Assembly: GCF_024692365.1 (NCBI RefSeq)
Contig: NZ_JAILMR010000007.1
Coordinates: forward strand, 121 to 64,120
Origin: Ruminococcus sp.
GTDB taxonomy: Bacteria > Bacillota > Clostridia > Oscillospirales > Ruminococcaceae
Reading direction: 5' to 3'
Length of the DNA: 64,000 bases
This document shows, one piece after another, positions 26,732 to 35,801 of the stretch (positions within the stretch are counted from its first letter, which is position 1; every line of letters begins with the position of its first letter). The translations under genes and the position numbers were made by a program. Below the pieces are notes generated by a model, which was not told the DNA's origin, did no database searches, and was given only the letters and a program-made list of their open reading frames with translations.

Positions 26732-28129
26732 ATGATGAAATTAAAACTGAATGAACACGAACACGTTCATCTGCCCCATATATTTGAACATGGTTTTCTG
26801 CGCAAGCTGTCATTCACACAGTCGCTGATGTTCGGCTATTCTGTTGTGATACTTGTAGGTGCGCTACTCCTGTGTCTGCCGATAAGCACTACGGAGAGGA
26901 TACGTACCCCGCTGAACCACTGCATTTTCACAACGACCTCAGCACTCAGCGGAACAGGCCTGACACTTCACGATACCTATACGTACTGGTCGCTTTTCGG
27001 ACAGATAGTCATACTTATAATAATTCAGATCGGCGGTATCGGCTTCATGAGCATCGGACTTTTTGCCCTGAGCTTCATGGGCAAGAAGATCGGACTGAAA
27101 CAGCGTGCGACTATGAGAGAATCCATAGGCAGTGTATCTTCGGGCGGTGTTGTCAAGATGACCCGCTTTATACTCAAGGGTACTGCCCTGTTTGAATCTC
27201 TGGGTACGGCTGCGCTGTGTTTCTGGTTCGTACCTCGGCTGGGCTGGGCAAAGGGAATTTATTTCTCCCTCTTCCACTCCATATCCGCATTCTGCACCGC
27301 GGGACTCGACCTTATGGGCTACTTTGAACCGGGCAGTTCGCTGATAACCGCTAACGACAGCGTTATACTGAATATCCCCATAATCATACTGCTTGTTGTG
27401 GGCGGTATAGGCTTTTTCACATGGTCTGATATCGTCACCCACAAGCACCACATAAAAAAATACTCTGCACAGACCAAGATAATCCTTGTTGTCACCGTGC
27501 TGTTCTACCTTTTCGGTATGCTGGATATGGCTCTGCTTGAATGGCATAACGACGCAACTATTGGCGATCTCGGCTACGGCGGAAAGGTCATCGCTTCTTC
27601 TATGCTGGTAACTTCGGGACGTGACGCAGGATTTGCGTCTGTTACCGTGGCAAATCTCAGACAGACTTCCATCATGCTGCTTATATGCTTCATGTTCGTC
27701 GGCGGTTCTCCCGGATCTACCGCCTGCGGTATCAAGGTAACTACTTTCGCAGTCATGATGATGACTATATCCACCGTATTCAGAAAGAAAAAGAGCGTTG
27801 AGTTCTTCGGCAGACGTGTTGACGACACCACCGTGCGAAACGCAAGCTGTATCACCACACTTTATCTGGTGCTGGTAGCAGTTTCGGCGATGATAATCAC
27901 AGGCGTGGACGGACTTGAACTGACACCAGTTGTATTTGAACTTGTAAGTGCGATAAGCTCCACGGGGCTTTCAATGGGCATAACCACTTCCCTTTCAGAT
28001 TTGAGCATATTCATCGTAATAATGATAATGTTCTTCGGACGTATCGGCGGCATAACCTTTATAGTATCGCTGCATAACAACTATGCATCGAACAAGAGCC
28101 AGCTGCCCGAGGAGAAGATAATGCTTTGA
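26732..28129 (+). CDS. trkH: Trk/Ktr-type potassium uptake protein, membrane subunit
   Basis: 465 aa polytopic protein with repeated selectivity-filter-like SGTGL / TAGLD / GGSPGSTACGIK / STGLS motifs. Confidence 0.88.
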   Translation: MMKLKLNEHEHVHLPHIFEHGFLRKLSFTQSLMFGYSVVILVGALLLCLPISTTERIRTPLNHCIFTTTSALSGTGLTLHDTYTYWSLFGQIVILIIIQIGGIGFMSIGLFALSFMGKKIGLKQRATMRESIGSVSSGGVVKMTRFILKGTALFESLGTAALCFWFVPRLGWAKGIYFSLFHSISAFCTAGLDLMGYFEPGSSLITANDSVILNIPIIILLVVGGIGFFTWSDIVTHKHHIKKYSAQTKIILVVTVLFYLFGMLDMALLEWHNDATIGDLGYGGKVIASSMLVTSGRDAGFASVTVANLRQTSIMLLICFMFVGGSPGSTACGIKVTTFAVMMMTISTVFRKKKSVEFFGRRVDDTTVRNASCITTLYLVLVAVSAMIITGVDGLELTPVVFELVSAISSTGLSMGITTSLSDLSIFIVIMIMFFGRIGGITFIVSLHNNYASNKSQLPEEKIML

Positions 28130-28212
28130 TATCAGCAGTAATCTTTCATTGATAAGTCCATTAATACGGACAGTTTTTTTGACAAGTAAAGATATGAAAA
28201 AGGAGTAAAAAT

Positions 28213-28857
28213 ATGGCAAGATCGTTTCTTATAGTAGGTATGGGGCGTTTCGGAAAGCACATGGCGAAGTCGCTGACAGCTATGGACAACGAAGTGCTGG
28301 CAATCGATATAAACGAGGACAGAGTGAACTCTGCCCTTAAATACGTCACCGATGCCCGCATAGGCGATGCTACTGACGCTCAGTTCCTTAAAGAGCTTGG
28401 CGTAAATAACTTTGATGTGTGCATATGTGCAATTGGCGATAATTTCCAGGCTTCACTTGAAACTACCTGCCTTATGCACGAACTTGGTGCGAACTATGTT
28501 TTCGCCAGAGCAAACAGGGATATCCACAAGAAGTTCCTGCTTCGCAACGGCGCTGACGAAGTGATCTACGCCGAGAAAGAAACTGCCGAAAGATTCGCAG
28601 TTCGTTTCGGCTCCGAGGGCGTGTTCGACTACTTCAACCTCAACGACAAGTACGCTATCTACGAGATAAGCGTTCCCGAAAGCTGGATAGGCAAGAACCT
28701 GCTGGAGAGCAACGTCCGCCAGAAGCACCACATCAACGTGCTCGCAGTAAAGCAGGACAACGACTTCAAGATGGCGTCCATCGATCACCGCTTCACTGCG
28801 GACGAAAGACTTCTTGTCATGGGTACCATGGAGAATATCCGCAAGATGAGAAAGTAA
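28213..28857 (+). CDS. trkA: Trk/Ktr-type potassium uptake protein, NAD-binding regulatory subunit
   Basis: 214 aa with an RCK N-domain (IVGMGRFGKHMAKSL) plus a TrkA-C domain. Confidence 0.88.
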   Translation: MARSFLIVGMGRFGKHMAKSLTAMDNEVLAIDINEDRVNSALKYVTDARIGDATDAQFLKELGVNNFDVCICAIGDNFQASLETTCLMHELGANYVFARANRDIHKKFLLRNGADEVIYAEKETAERFAVRFGSEGVFDYFNLNDKYAIYEISVPESWIGKNLLESNVRQKHHINVLAVKQDNDFKMASIDHRFTADERLLVMGTMENIRKMRK

Positions 28858-28872
28858 TATATCGCTTACATT

Positions 28873-28901
28873 GACGGGAGTTTTTCAGCTCCCGTCTTTT
28901 T
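28873..28901 (+). terminator. Terminator of trkHA
   Basis: GACGGGAG-loop-CTCCCGTC followed by TTTTT. Confidence 0.8.
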
Positions 28902-28908
28902 GTTATGC

Positions 28909-28939
28909 AAAAAGCCCGCGGACAGGTCGTCCACGGGCT
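28909..28939 (-). terminator. Terminator of ilvB
   Basis: The minus strand reads AGCCCG-loop-CGGGCT followed by TTTTT. Confidence 0.7.
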
Positions 28940-28952
28940 GTAATAATTTAAT

Positions 28953-30650
28953 TTAGCTTTCCAGATCGATTTCCATGATAGGCTGGCTTACATCTGCGCC
29001 TGCGGGTACCATGGGGAGTACGTTAACGTCCTTATTGATAAATACATCAACGAGAACAGGTCTGCCTGCTGCTGCGTATTCAAGGGCTTTTTTCAGCTGA
29101 GGAACTATCTCGTCCTTCTTTGTTATGCGAACGCCCTCAATGCCGAAAGCATCTGCAAGCTTCATGAAATCAGTTCCGCGCTCGATATTCGTCTGGCTGA
29201 AACGCTTGCCGTAGAACAGTCTCTGCCACTGACGCACCATACCGAGAACGTCGTTCTCGAATACCAGTTCTATCAGAGGGATCTTGTGCTTTGCAAGGCT
29301 GGAAAGTTCGTTGCAGTTCATGAAGAAGCTGCCGTCACCTGCTATATTTACAACTGTTCTGTCGGGATTGCCTATCTTACAGCCGATAGCCGCGCCAAGA
29401 CCGTAGCCCATAGTACCAAGTCCGCCGCTTGAAGCAAAACTTCTTGCACACTTGAAATCGTAGTACTGTGCAGCCCACATCTGGTGCTGACCAACTTCGG
29501 TGGAGATGATAGCTTTGCCATCTGTCAGGTCATCCAGTGCGGAGATAACCTGATCGGGAAGAACTTCGTCTTCGCTCTCGATAGGAACCATATGCAGAGC
29601 ATACTTTTTCTTCCAGCCCATAACTTCATTGAACCACTCGGGGTGGGACATATCGGGCAGAAGTTCGTTCAGCCTTGCGATAGCCTTCTTAACATCGCCT
29701 GTAACGTGGTGATATACCTCGATGTTCTTGCCAATCTCGGCAGGGTCTATCTCAAGGTGGATTATATGTGCATTTTTAGCGAAAGTATTGGGGTTGCAGA
29801 GAACTCGATCGGAGAAACGTGAACCCAGAACGATCATGAGGTCACAGCCGCTGACTGCCTTGGCAGCCGCCTTTGTTCCGTGCATACCCAGCATACCGAT
29901 GTAATTTTCAGAGGTATTGTCATAAGCACACTGACCCATCAGAGACAGAGCAACAGGAGCATTGCACTTTCTTACAAACTCCTTCATCTCATCGACTGCA
30001 TCAGCGGATACTACACCGCCGCCTGCGTAGATAAAGGGTCTTTCGCACTTCTTGATGAGTTCGGCAGCCTCAGCTATCTCAGCCTCGAAAGTATCGGGAT
30101 CCTTATACTCGGACTTCAGAGGTTCTTTCTTCTCATACTCTATCATAGCCGCAGTTATATCCTTGGGGATATCTATAAGTACGGGACCCTTTCTGCCCTC
30201 GTTGGCAATGCGAAAAGCTTCTCTGATGGTATCGGGGAGCTTTTCGGGGTCTTTCACGATGAAGTTATGCTTGGTGATAGGCATTGTGATACCGCAGATA
30301 TCCACTTCCTGGAAAGAGTCAAGACCCAGCAGATTTCTGGTAACATTACCTGTTATAGCTACCATGGGCACTGAATCCATATAGGCAGTAGCGATACCTG
30401 TAACAAGGTTAGTCGCACCGGGACCGGAAGTTGCCAGAACAACACCTGTTTTGCCTGTGGTACGGGAATAGCCGTCAGCTGCATGGCAGGCTGCCTGTTC
30501 GTGGGCTGTTATAACGTGTCTTATCCTGTCGGAATTCTTATAGAGTGCGTCATAGATATTCAGCACTGCACCGCCCGGGTAACCGAAAATAGTGTCAACA
30601 CCCTGTTCTACAAGGCATTCAACGATAACGTCAGAACCGTTAAGCTGCAT
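28953..30650 (-). CDS. ilvB: Acetolactate synthase, large (catalytic, ThDP-dependent) subunit
   Basis: 565 aa. MQLNGSDVIVECLVEQGVDTIFGYPGGAVLNIYDAL... and GDGSFFMN ThDP motif. No small-subunit gene is adjacent. Confidence 0.9.
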   Translation of the reverse strand: MQLNGSDVIVECLVEQGVDTIFGYPGGAVLNIYDALYKNSDRIRHVITAHEQAACHAADGYSRTTGKTGVVLATSGPGATNLVTGIATAYMDSVPMVAITGNVTRNLLGLDSFQEVDICGITMPITKHNFIVKDPEKLPDTIREAFRIANEGRKGPVLIDIPKDITAAMIEYEKKEPLKSEYKDPDTFEAEIAEAAELIKKCERPFIYAGGGVVSADAVDEMKEFVRKCNAPVALSLMGQCAYDNTSENYIGMLGMHGTKAAAKAVSGCDLMIVLGSRFSDRVLCNPNTFAKNAHIIHLEIDPAEIGKNIEVYHHVTGDVKKAIARLNELLPDMSHPEWFNEVMGWKKKYALHMVPIESEDEVLPDQVISALDDLTDGKAIISTEVGQHQMWAAQYYDFKCARSFASSGGLGTMGYGLGAAIGCKIGNPDRTVVNIAGDGSFFMNCNELSSLAKHKIPLIELVFENDVLGMVRQWQRLFYGKRFSQTNIERGTDFMKLADAFGIEGVRITKKDEIVPQLKKALEYAAAGRPVLVDVFINKDVNVLPMVPAGADVSQPIMEIDLES

Positions 30651-30699
30651 GATGGATCTCTCCTTTTATGATCTCAAAAAATATCGTAACTAATTATTT

Positions 30700-30728
30700 A
30701 TTATACTATATTTATACGCTATTGTCAA
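30700..30728 (-). promoter_or_regulatory. Consensus promoter of ilvB (TTGACA-17-TATAAT)
   Basis: Minus-strand hexamers at 30728-30723 and 30705-30700. Confidence 0.65.
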
Positions 30729-30745
30729 GGGGGCGACATTCATAC

Positions 30746-30782
30746 AAAAAGCACTCCCGCTGTCTGTCAGCAGAAGTGCTTT
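30746..30782 (-). terminator. Terminator of the LCP gene
   Basis: The minus strand reads AGCACTTCTGCTG-loop-CAGCGGGAGTGCT followed by TTTTT. Confidence 0.75.
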
Positions 30783-30791
30783 GCATCTTTT

Positions 30792-32399
30792 TTATCCGCC
30801 GTATATCTCTCTTCTGAGAAGTTCGCGGCTGGCATCAATATCAATATCGAGTGTTGACTGGTCGCCGTGCATACCGAAGCTGTAATTTCCCTCGGCAGGT
30901 ATACGCAGGGTCTTCATCTCGTAATTCACCGAGAATATCGCCTTATAAGCCGAAAGCATCATCTCAGCGCGGCTCATATTCGTTGAAAGATTTGAGCATA
31001 CCGACTTTGCAAAGCGGTTTATCGTCAGCGGGTCGGAAGATTTCACCTTAGTGATTATCTTGCTTATGACCTCGCGCTGTCTTTCGGTGCGCTGGAAATC
31101 AGCATTGCCAACATATCTCAGTCTTGCATAAGCAAGGGTCTGGTTGCCGTTCAGCAGAAGTTTTCCGCCGTGGTCGAGGGTATCGGTATCCTCGGGCTGT
31201 TTAAGGTAATGGTTCTGTTCGCCCAGAGGGTCTTCCAGACCGGCGGCTTCTTTATCGGTGATATCTATCTCAAGTCCGCCGATGGAGTCAACTATGTCGA
31301 TAAATGCGAAGAAATCCACATAAACATAGTCGTCCACCGAGATATCGAAATTGTATTCGATGGTATCCATCAGCAGTTCAGCACCACCGTAGACGTAAGC
31401 CGAATTCAGCTTGTCCCAGACGTCGATATCCTCACCGTTTGTCTTTCTGCCGCGTATCTCAACATACATATCACGCATGAAAGATGTCATGGTGATGCTC
31501 TTTTTGTCCTTGTTTACCGACATCAGTATCATACTGTCCGTTCTGCCGTTTTCTTTTTCACTTCGGGTATCGGAACCTATCAGCAGGATATTCGTAACGC
31601 TTTTGCTGTCCATGGAACCGCCTGTGAATGTACGGTCTCCGCGACCCCTGCGGTTCACAAGGGTGATGTAGTAATAAAGCAGGGCATTCAAGCCGATGAA
31701 TATTACAAGCAGGATTATTATAAGCGTCTTGAAAAATTTGCCTACGGGGTTGCTTTTCTCATGGGCGGGAACTTTGCCGCCGTTGCGTGACCCGAAACGA
31801 AGTTCTTCGGTGGGACGTGGCTTTGCACGGTTTTCCGACTTTTTCTTAGTTGGATGACCGCTGTTTCTGTCCCTGCGGGGTGCGGGACGTTCTTCCACTC
31901 TGTCCCTTGAACGCTTAGCGCCTGTTCTTTCGCTTTCTGCACCGCCGCGGACAGGTCTTTTTCTCTGACCTGCGCTGTTTCCGCGTGAGGTACGTCTTTC
32001 CCTCATATCATCTTCGGGATAATTCTGCCGCGGGCTTTCAGCGCCGTACTGCGGCTGTGCCTGACTGCAGGGATACTGTCCGCCGACACTATCATCTCTG
32101 CGCTGACGTGAAGCACCTGCACGTGCGGGCTGTCTGTTCTCATATCCCTGACGCGGTGACTGTGCATACTGTCTGTTACCGTTGATGTTACTGTATCCTT
32201 CGCCGCTAGGCTGACCGCCCATCTGCGGGGTGGTGCCGTATCTCTGATATTCCGAGGCGAACACATCATCAGCACTGCCCATGCTGAGATCTACTTCGCC
32301 GCCCGTATCCCCTGCGATCCTGGATATCTCTTCCAGCTGTCGCTGATACTCTTCCTCATAAGGGTCTGCGGGTCGTCGGAACTTTTCATCTTTGTCCAT
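30792..32399 (-). CDS. LytR-CpsA-Psr (LCP) family cell-envelope phosphotransferase with a long disordered cytoplasmic N-terminus
   Basis: 535 aa. About 210 aa of Q/R/G/P-rich low-complexity sequence, one TM helix, then an LCP domain (ILLIGSDTRSE..GRTDSMILMS). Confidence 0.85.
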   Translation of the reverse strand: MDKDEKFRRPADPYEEEYQRQLEEISRIAGDTGGEVDLSMGSADDVFASEYQRYGTTPQMGGQPSGEGYSNINGNRQYAQSPRQGYENRQPARAGASRQRRDDSVGGQYPCSQAQPQYGAESPRQNYPEDDMRERRTSRGNSAGQRKRPVRGGAESERTGAKRSRDRVEERPAPRRDRNSGHPTKKKSENRAKPRPTEELRFGSRNGGKVPAHEKSNPVGKFFKTLIIILLVIFIGLNALLYYYITLVNRRGRGDRTFTGGSMDSKSVTNILLIGSDTRSEKENGRTDSMILMSVNKDKKSITMTSFMRDMYVEIRGRKTNGEDIDVWDKLNSAYVYGGAELLMDTIEYNFDISVDDYVYVDFFAFIDIVDSIGGLEIDITDKEAAGLEDPLGEQNHYLKQPEDTDTLDHGGKLLLNGNQTLAYARLRYVGNADFQRTERQREVISKIITKVKSSDPLTINRFAKSVCSNLSTNMSRAEMMLSAYKAIFSVNYEMKTLRIPAEGNYSFGMHGDQSTLDIDIDASRELLRREIYGG

Positions 32400-32513
32400 A
32401 ACTACTCTCCTGACCTTTTACACGTAAACGAAAATCTGTTATGCTTTTTCCCGAAGAATAGGGAAACTTACAAACAAACTCCGCTCTATATGACTATTTT
32501 CACGAATATCACT

Positions 32514-32542
32514 ATTATATAGTATAACCCTGCGTTTGTCAA
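32514..32542 (-). promoter_or_regulatory. Consensus promoter of the LCP gene (TTGACA-17-TATAAT)
   Basis: Minus-strand hexamers at 32542-32537 and 32519-32514. Confidence 0.6.
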
Positions 32543-32684
32543 ACCAACCCGGGCTTTTTTCATTACTATTTCACCGAATTTTTACTTTTCTTTCTCACAA
32601 GAAAGCATAAAAACAGCGCTGTCCTGCTTTTTTCGGCAAAACAACGCATGAATTTTTGTGTATTTTGACATCGACAAACAGCCC

Positions 32685-33425
32685 TTACAGCCAGCCGCCG
32701 TCAACACGAAGCACCTGACCCGTTATGTAGGAGGAAGACTCCTCTGCCAGAAACATAACAGCATTCGCGATATCATCGGGAGTGCCCATACGCCCCATTG
32801 GTATCTCATCGGTGACTGCGTTCAGGTCTTCTTCGGAGAGGGTGCTGTTCATCTTAGTATCGATAAGACCACAGCTTACACAGTTCACACGAACTCCGCT
32901 GGGTGCGCACTCCTTGGCAAGCGCCTTTGTGAAGCCGATTAGCCCCGCTTTTGCCGCAGAATAAGCCACCTCGCACGAAGCACCGCTCTCACCCCATACC
33001 GAGGATATATTTATCACACTGCCCGAATGCCTGCGAAGCATCTGCGGAAGAACAGCTTTAGTCAGCCGCATATGCCCGAATAAGTTAGTGTTCATCAGTT
33101 CGGCAAGGCGTTCGTCCGTAAGGTCGGTAAACAGACCGATATCCGCGATACCCGCATTGTTGATAAGCAACTCGCACTCGCCGAAACTTTTTTCAACCTC
33201 ATTCAGGAACTCCGCGGTGCTGACTGCATCTGCTATATCACAATGAAAAGCCTCAGCTGTAAAGCCCTCACCTTTCAGTTCAGCCGCAAGGGATTCAGCT
33301 GCTTCCCTACCTTTATTATATGCTATCACGGTGAGATAGCCCGCCTGCGCCAGCTTTCTGCTGACAGCACTGCCTATCCCGCCCGAACCGCCTGTTACAA
33401 TGGCGGCTTTTTTTATCCTGCCCAT
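32685..33425 (-). CDS. SDR-family oxidoreductase (FabG-like 3-oxoacyl reductase)
   Basis: Start at MGRIKKAAIVTGGSGGIGSAV (TGxxxGIG) behind AAAGGA. It has NNAG and the catalytic YSAAK. Confidence 0.85.
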   Translation of the reverse strand: MGRIKKAAIVTGGSGGIGSAVSRKLAQAGYLTVIAYNKGREAAESLAAELKGEGFTAEAFHCDIADAVSTAEFLNEVEKSFGECELLINNAGIADIGLFTDLTDERLAELMNTNLFGHMRLTKAVLPQMLRRHSGSVINISSVWGESGASCEVAYSAAKAGLIGFTKALAKECAPSGVRVNCVSCGLIDTKMNSTLSEEDLNAVTDEIPMGRMGTPDDIANAVMFLAEESSSYITGQVLRVDGGWL

Positions 33426-33484
33426 GATATCTGTCCTTTCGGTGTGATTATGCACGGATTAGCAAACCGTGTGAATTCTACTGT

Positions 33485-33513
33485 ATTATACCACGGAAAC
33501 AGATTTAATGCAA
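33485..33513 (-). promoter_or_regulatory. Promoter of the SDR gene (TTGCAT-17-TGgTATAAT)
   Basis: Minus-strand hexamers at 33513-33508 and 33490-33485. Confidence 0.55.
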
Positions 33514-33524
33514 GTACGTATAAA

Positions 33525-33555
33525 AGAATGCCAAAGCTCTCTTCCTTGGCACTCT
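33525..33555. repeat. GAATGCCAA/TTGGCA hairpin unit (same family as 964-990 and 44288-44346)
   Basis: AGAATGCCAAAGCTCTCTTCCTTGGCACTCT. The segment CCAAAGCTCTCTTCCTTGGCACTCTAT matches 964-990 at about 25 of 28 positions. Confidence 0.65.
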
Positions 33556-33603
33556 ATCCTCATTTTCTTGTTATTTTACCCAACCTCACACATCAAGTCC
33601 TAT

Positions 33604-33697
33604 GCAAACAAATGATTTATATTTTAACTCGGACATATTTCTGTAAAAGTTGTACAAAAACGTACAACTTTTCGCCAAAAATCACTGATAGTGAAAG
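33604..33697 (+). repeat. ~95-nt intergenic repeat, copy B (inverted partner of 4566-4660)
   Basis: See copy A. It contains the terminator-like hairpin AGTTGTAC-AAAAAC-GTACAACT followed by TTTT. Confidence 0.85.
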
Positions 33698-33725
33698 GAC
33701 TTATCACACCCTCGGGATATCCCAC

Positions 33726-33893
33726 CTATCCCAAAACATCTTCCCCCTCACTAATTTGATCTTCCTCCCCCTGATCTTCAAAGCCGACTTCTCCAAGCTC
33801 CTCCCCCACCGAGAATCTTCTCCCAAGCGGCATATACACCCGCGTACCGTCCACAGGGTCAACAGGCAGAGGTCTTTTCTCCTTATCGTTCAT
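33726..33893 (-). CDS. Hypothetical small acidic protein (55 aa)
   Basis: ATG at 33893 behind AAAGGAGAG. The product is MNDKEKRPLPVDPVDGTRVYMPLGRRFSVGEELGEVGFEDQGEEDQISEGEDVLG. I recognise no family. Confidence 0.4.
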   Translation of the reverse strand: MNDKEKRPLPVDPVDGTRVYMPLGRRFSVGEELGEVGFEDQGEEDQISEGEDVLG

Positions 33894-34008
33894 CGCAAAC
33901 TCTCCTTTCGCTTCTATATATAATAGTATATCCTGATGAACCCCGAATATTCCCAAACTTATCATGTACATTTTTTTGTACTTCAATCAAAAGCTTTCAA
34001 AAAAGCCC

Positions 34009-34037
34009 TTGTATTGAAAAAGCATTTATGCTATAAT
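34009..34037 (+). promoter_or_regulatory. Promoter (TTGTAT-17-TGcTATAAT) of the membrane protein/sbcDC genes
   Basis: TTGTAT at 34009-34014 and TATAAT at 34032-34037. Confidence 0.55.
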
Positions 34038-34093
34038 TAAAAACATAACATTCGTAAAATCAAAACATCACATTCTGGTAAGGAGTGACTTAT

Positions 34094-34639
34094 ATGAAAT
34101 ACAACAGAAAAAACGCCCTTGTTTTCGGACTTTTAAAAGGGCTTCAAGCCGAATTTTTCGGCATATTCGTCATGCTGTTTTTCTGGGCAGTTTCTAAGGC
34201 TATGGGCATTCTCGCGAACCTTATGTTCGGTTTCACAGGGATAATGTGCGTTGTCTGTATTCTTGCGGATTATGGCATGAAAGAAGGCAATAAAGCCGCT
34301 AATGCCGACTCTCTCCACGGTGACAACGTCGGCAGAAATTTCGGGCTTAAAACAGGGCTTATCGCTATGCTTCCCTTTGCGCTGACTGCGGTGATACTTG
34401 CGGTATCGAAGTTCAGCGGCGCATTTGATTTTCTTGCTGTGTTCAAGATAGCAAACGCCTGCCTTTTCCCGATAATGGATATTTTTGCACATTCCGCTGA
34501 TATAAAGGATATGAGCCCCGCAGTTTTCCTGCTGATAGTCCCATATCTCGCTCTATTCCCTATTTCGGCTTATATCGGCTTCAAATGGGGCTACGATAAA
34601 GTTGACCTCAAAGACAAGATCGTATACAAAAACAAGTAG
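34094..34639 (+). CDS. Hypothetical integral membrane protein (about 5 TM helices)
   Basis: ATG at 34094 behind AAGGAG. The profile is hydrophobic and I recognise no family motif. Confidence 0.6.
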   Translation: MKYNRKNALVFGLLKGLQAEFFGIFVMLFFWAVSKAMGILANLMFGFTGIMCVVCILADYGMKEGNKAANADSLHGDNVGRNFGLKTGLIAMLPFALTAVILAVSKFSGAFDFLAVFKIANACLFPIMDIFAHSADIKDMSPAVFLLIVPYLALFPISAYIGFKWGYDKVDLKDKIVYKNK

Positions 34640-34667
34640 TCTGCATTTTCTGCAAAGGAGGATATCA

Positions 34668-35801
34668 ATGAGATTCGCACACGTTTCCGATCTTCATCTG
34701 GGCAAAAGGCTGGGCAGCTATACCCTCATCGAAGATCAGCGCCATATTCTTTCGCAGATAGCAGATATCGCTTCGGCTGAAAACTGCGACGGCATACTCA
34801 TTGCGGGAGATATCTACGACAAAAGCGCACCCTCGGCAGAAGCTGTAAAGCTGTTCGGTGAGTTTCTCACAAAACTCCGCAGGAACAAGCTGTCCGTCTA
34901 TATCATCAGCGGAAATCACGACAGCCCCGAAAGGATAGACTACGGTCGCGAGATAATGGCTGATGTCGATATACACATCTGCGCCTGCTATGAGGGCAGT
35001 GCAAGCGTGCTGACAGTTTCGGACGAGTACGGAGAATTGGACATTTGCTCTGTACCTTTTATAAAGCCCTCCTTTGTACGCGGATATTGTCCAGATAAGG
35101 ATATAAAGACCTATACCGATATGATGAGCGCAGTCATCGAACAAAGCGGCATCGACCGAAGCAGGCGGTGCATAATGATGTGCCACCAGTTCATCACAGG
35201 TGCGATCACCTGCGATTCGGAATATATCTCCGTTGGCACACTGGATAATATCGGCGCTGAAGTCTTTGAAGGCTTCGACTACGTGGCACTCGGGCATATC
35301 CACAGCCCCCAGAACGTGGGCAAAAATATCCGCTACTGCGGAACGCCCCTGAAATATTCAGCATCGGAGATATCCCACAAAAAGTCCGTGACGATAGTTG
35401 ATATCCGCGAAAAAGGCGATACCGAGATAAGCACCATACCTCTCGTGCCCATGCGCGATGTCACCGAACTGAGAAGTCAGTATAACGAACTGATGGAGCG
35501 CAGTTACTATGAAAAGCTGGATACTGACGGCTTTTTCTTCATCACCCTGACCGACGATACCGATATACCCAACGTAATGCAGAAACTCAGAACCGTCTAC
35601 CACAACATTGTTCAGCTGAGTTTCGACAACAAGCGCACCCAGACGATATCGGAGGTAACTGCCGCTGTTCACACCGACAGCAAAACTCCATTTGAGCTTG
35701 TAGCCGAGCTTTTCAAAGAACAGAACGGCGCTGATATGTCAGAAGAACAGTCGGCATACGTCAAGGATATGATTGATAAAATATGGGGGGACAGCTTATG
35801 A
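34668..35801 (+). CDS. sbcD: Exonuclease SbcCD, nuclease subunit D (Mre11-like)
   Basis: Start at MRFAHVSDLHLGK behind AAAGGAGG. Calcineurin-like phosphoesterase motifs are present (GDIYD, GNHD, GHIH). Confidence 0.9.
   Translation: MRFAHVSDLHLGKRLGSYTLIEDQRHILSQIADIASAENCDGILIAGDIYDKSAPSAEAVKLFGEFLTKLRRNKLSVYIISGNHDSPERIDYGREIMADVDIHICACYEGSASVLTVSDEYGELDICSVPFIKPSFVRGYCPDKDIKTYTDMMSAVIEQSGIDRSRRCIMMCHQFITGAITCDSEYISVGTLDNIGAEVFEGFDYVALGHIHSPQNVGKNIRYCGTPLKYSASEISHKKSVTIVDIREKGDTEISTIPLVPMRDVTELRSQYNELMERSYYEKLDTDGFFFITLTDDTDIPNVMQKLRTVYHNIVQLSFDNKRTQTISEVTAAVHTDSKTPFELVAELFKEQNGADMSEEQSAYVKDMIDKIWGDSL

Noticed and set aside
4566-33697. The 29-kb segment bounded by the inverted ~95-nt repeats, considered as a mobile element or genomic island
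   Set aside because: The interior is core metabolism (purC, tRNAs, ilvB, K+ uptake, ABC importers). It has no integrase, transposase or conjugation genes, and I saw no target-site duplication. Only an inversion substrate remains plausible.
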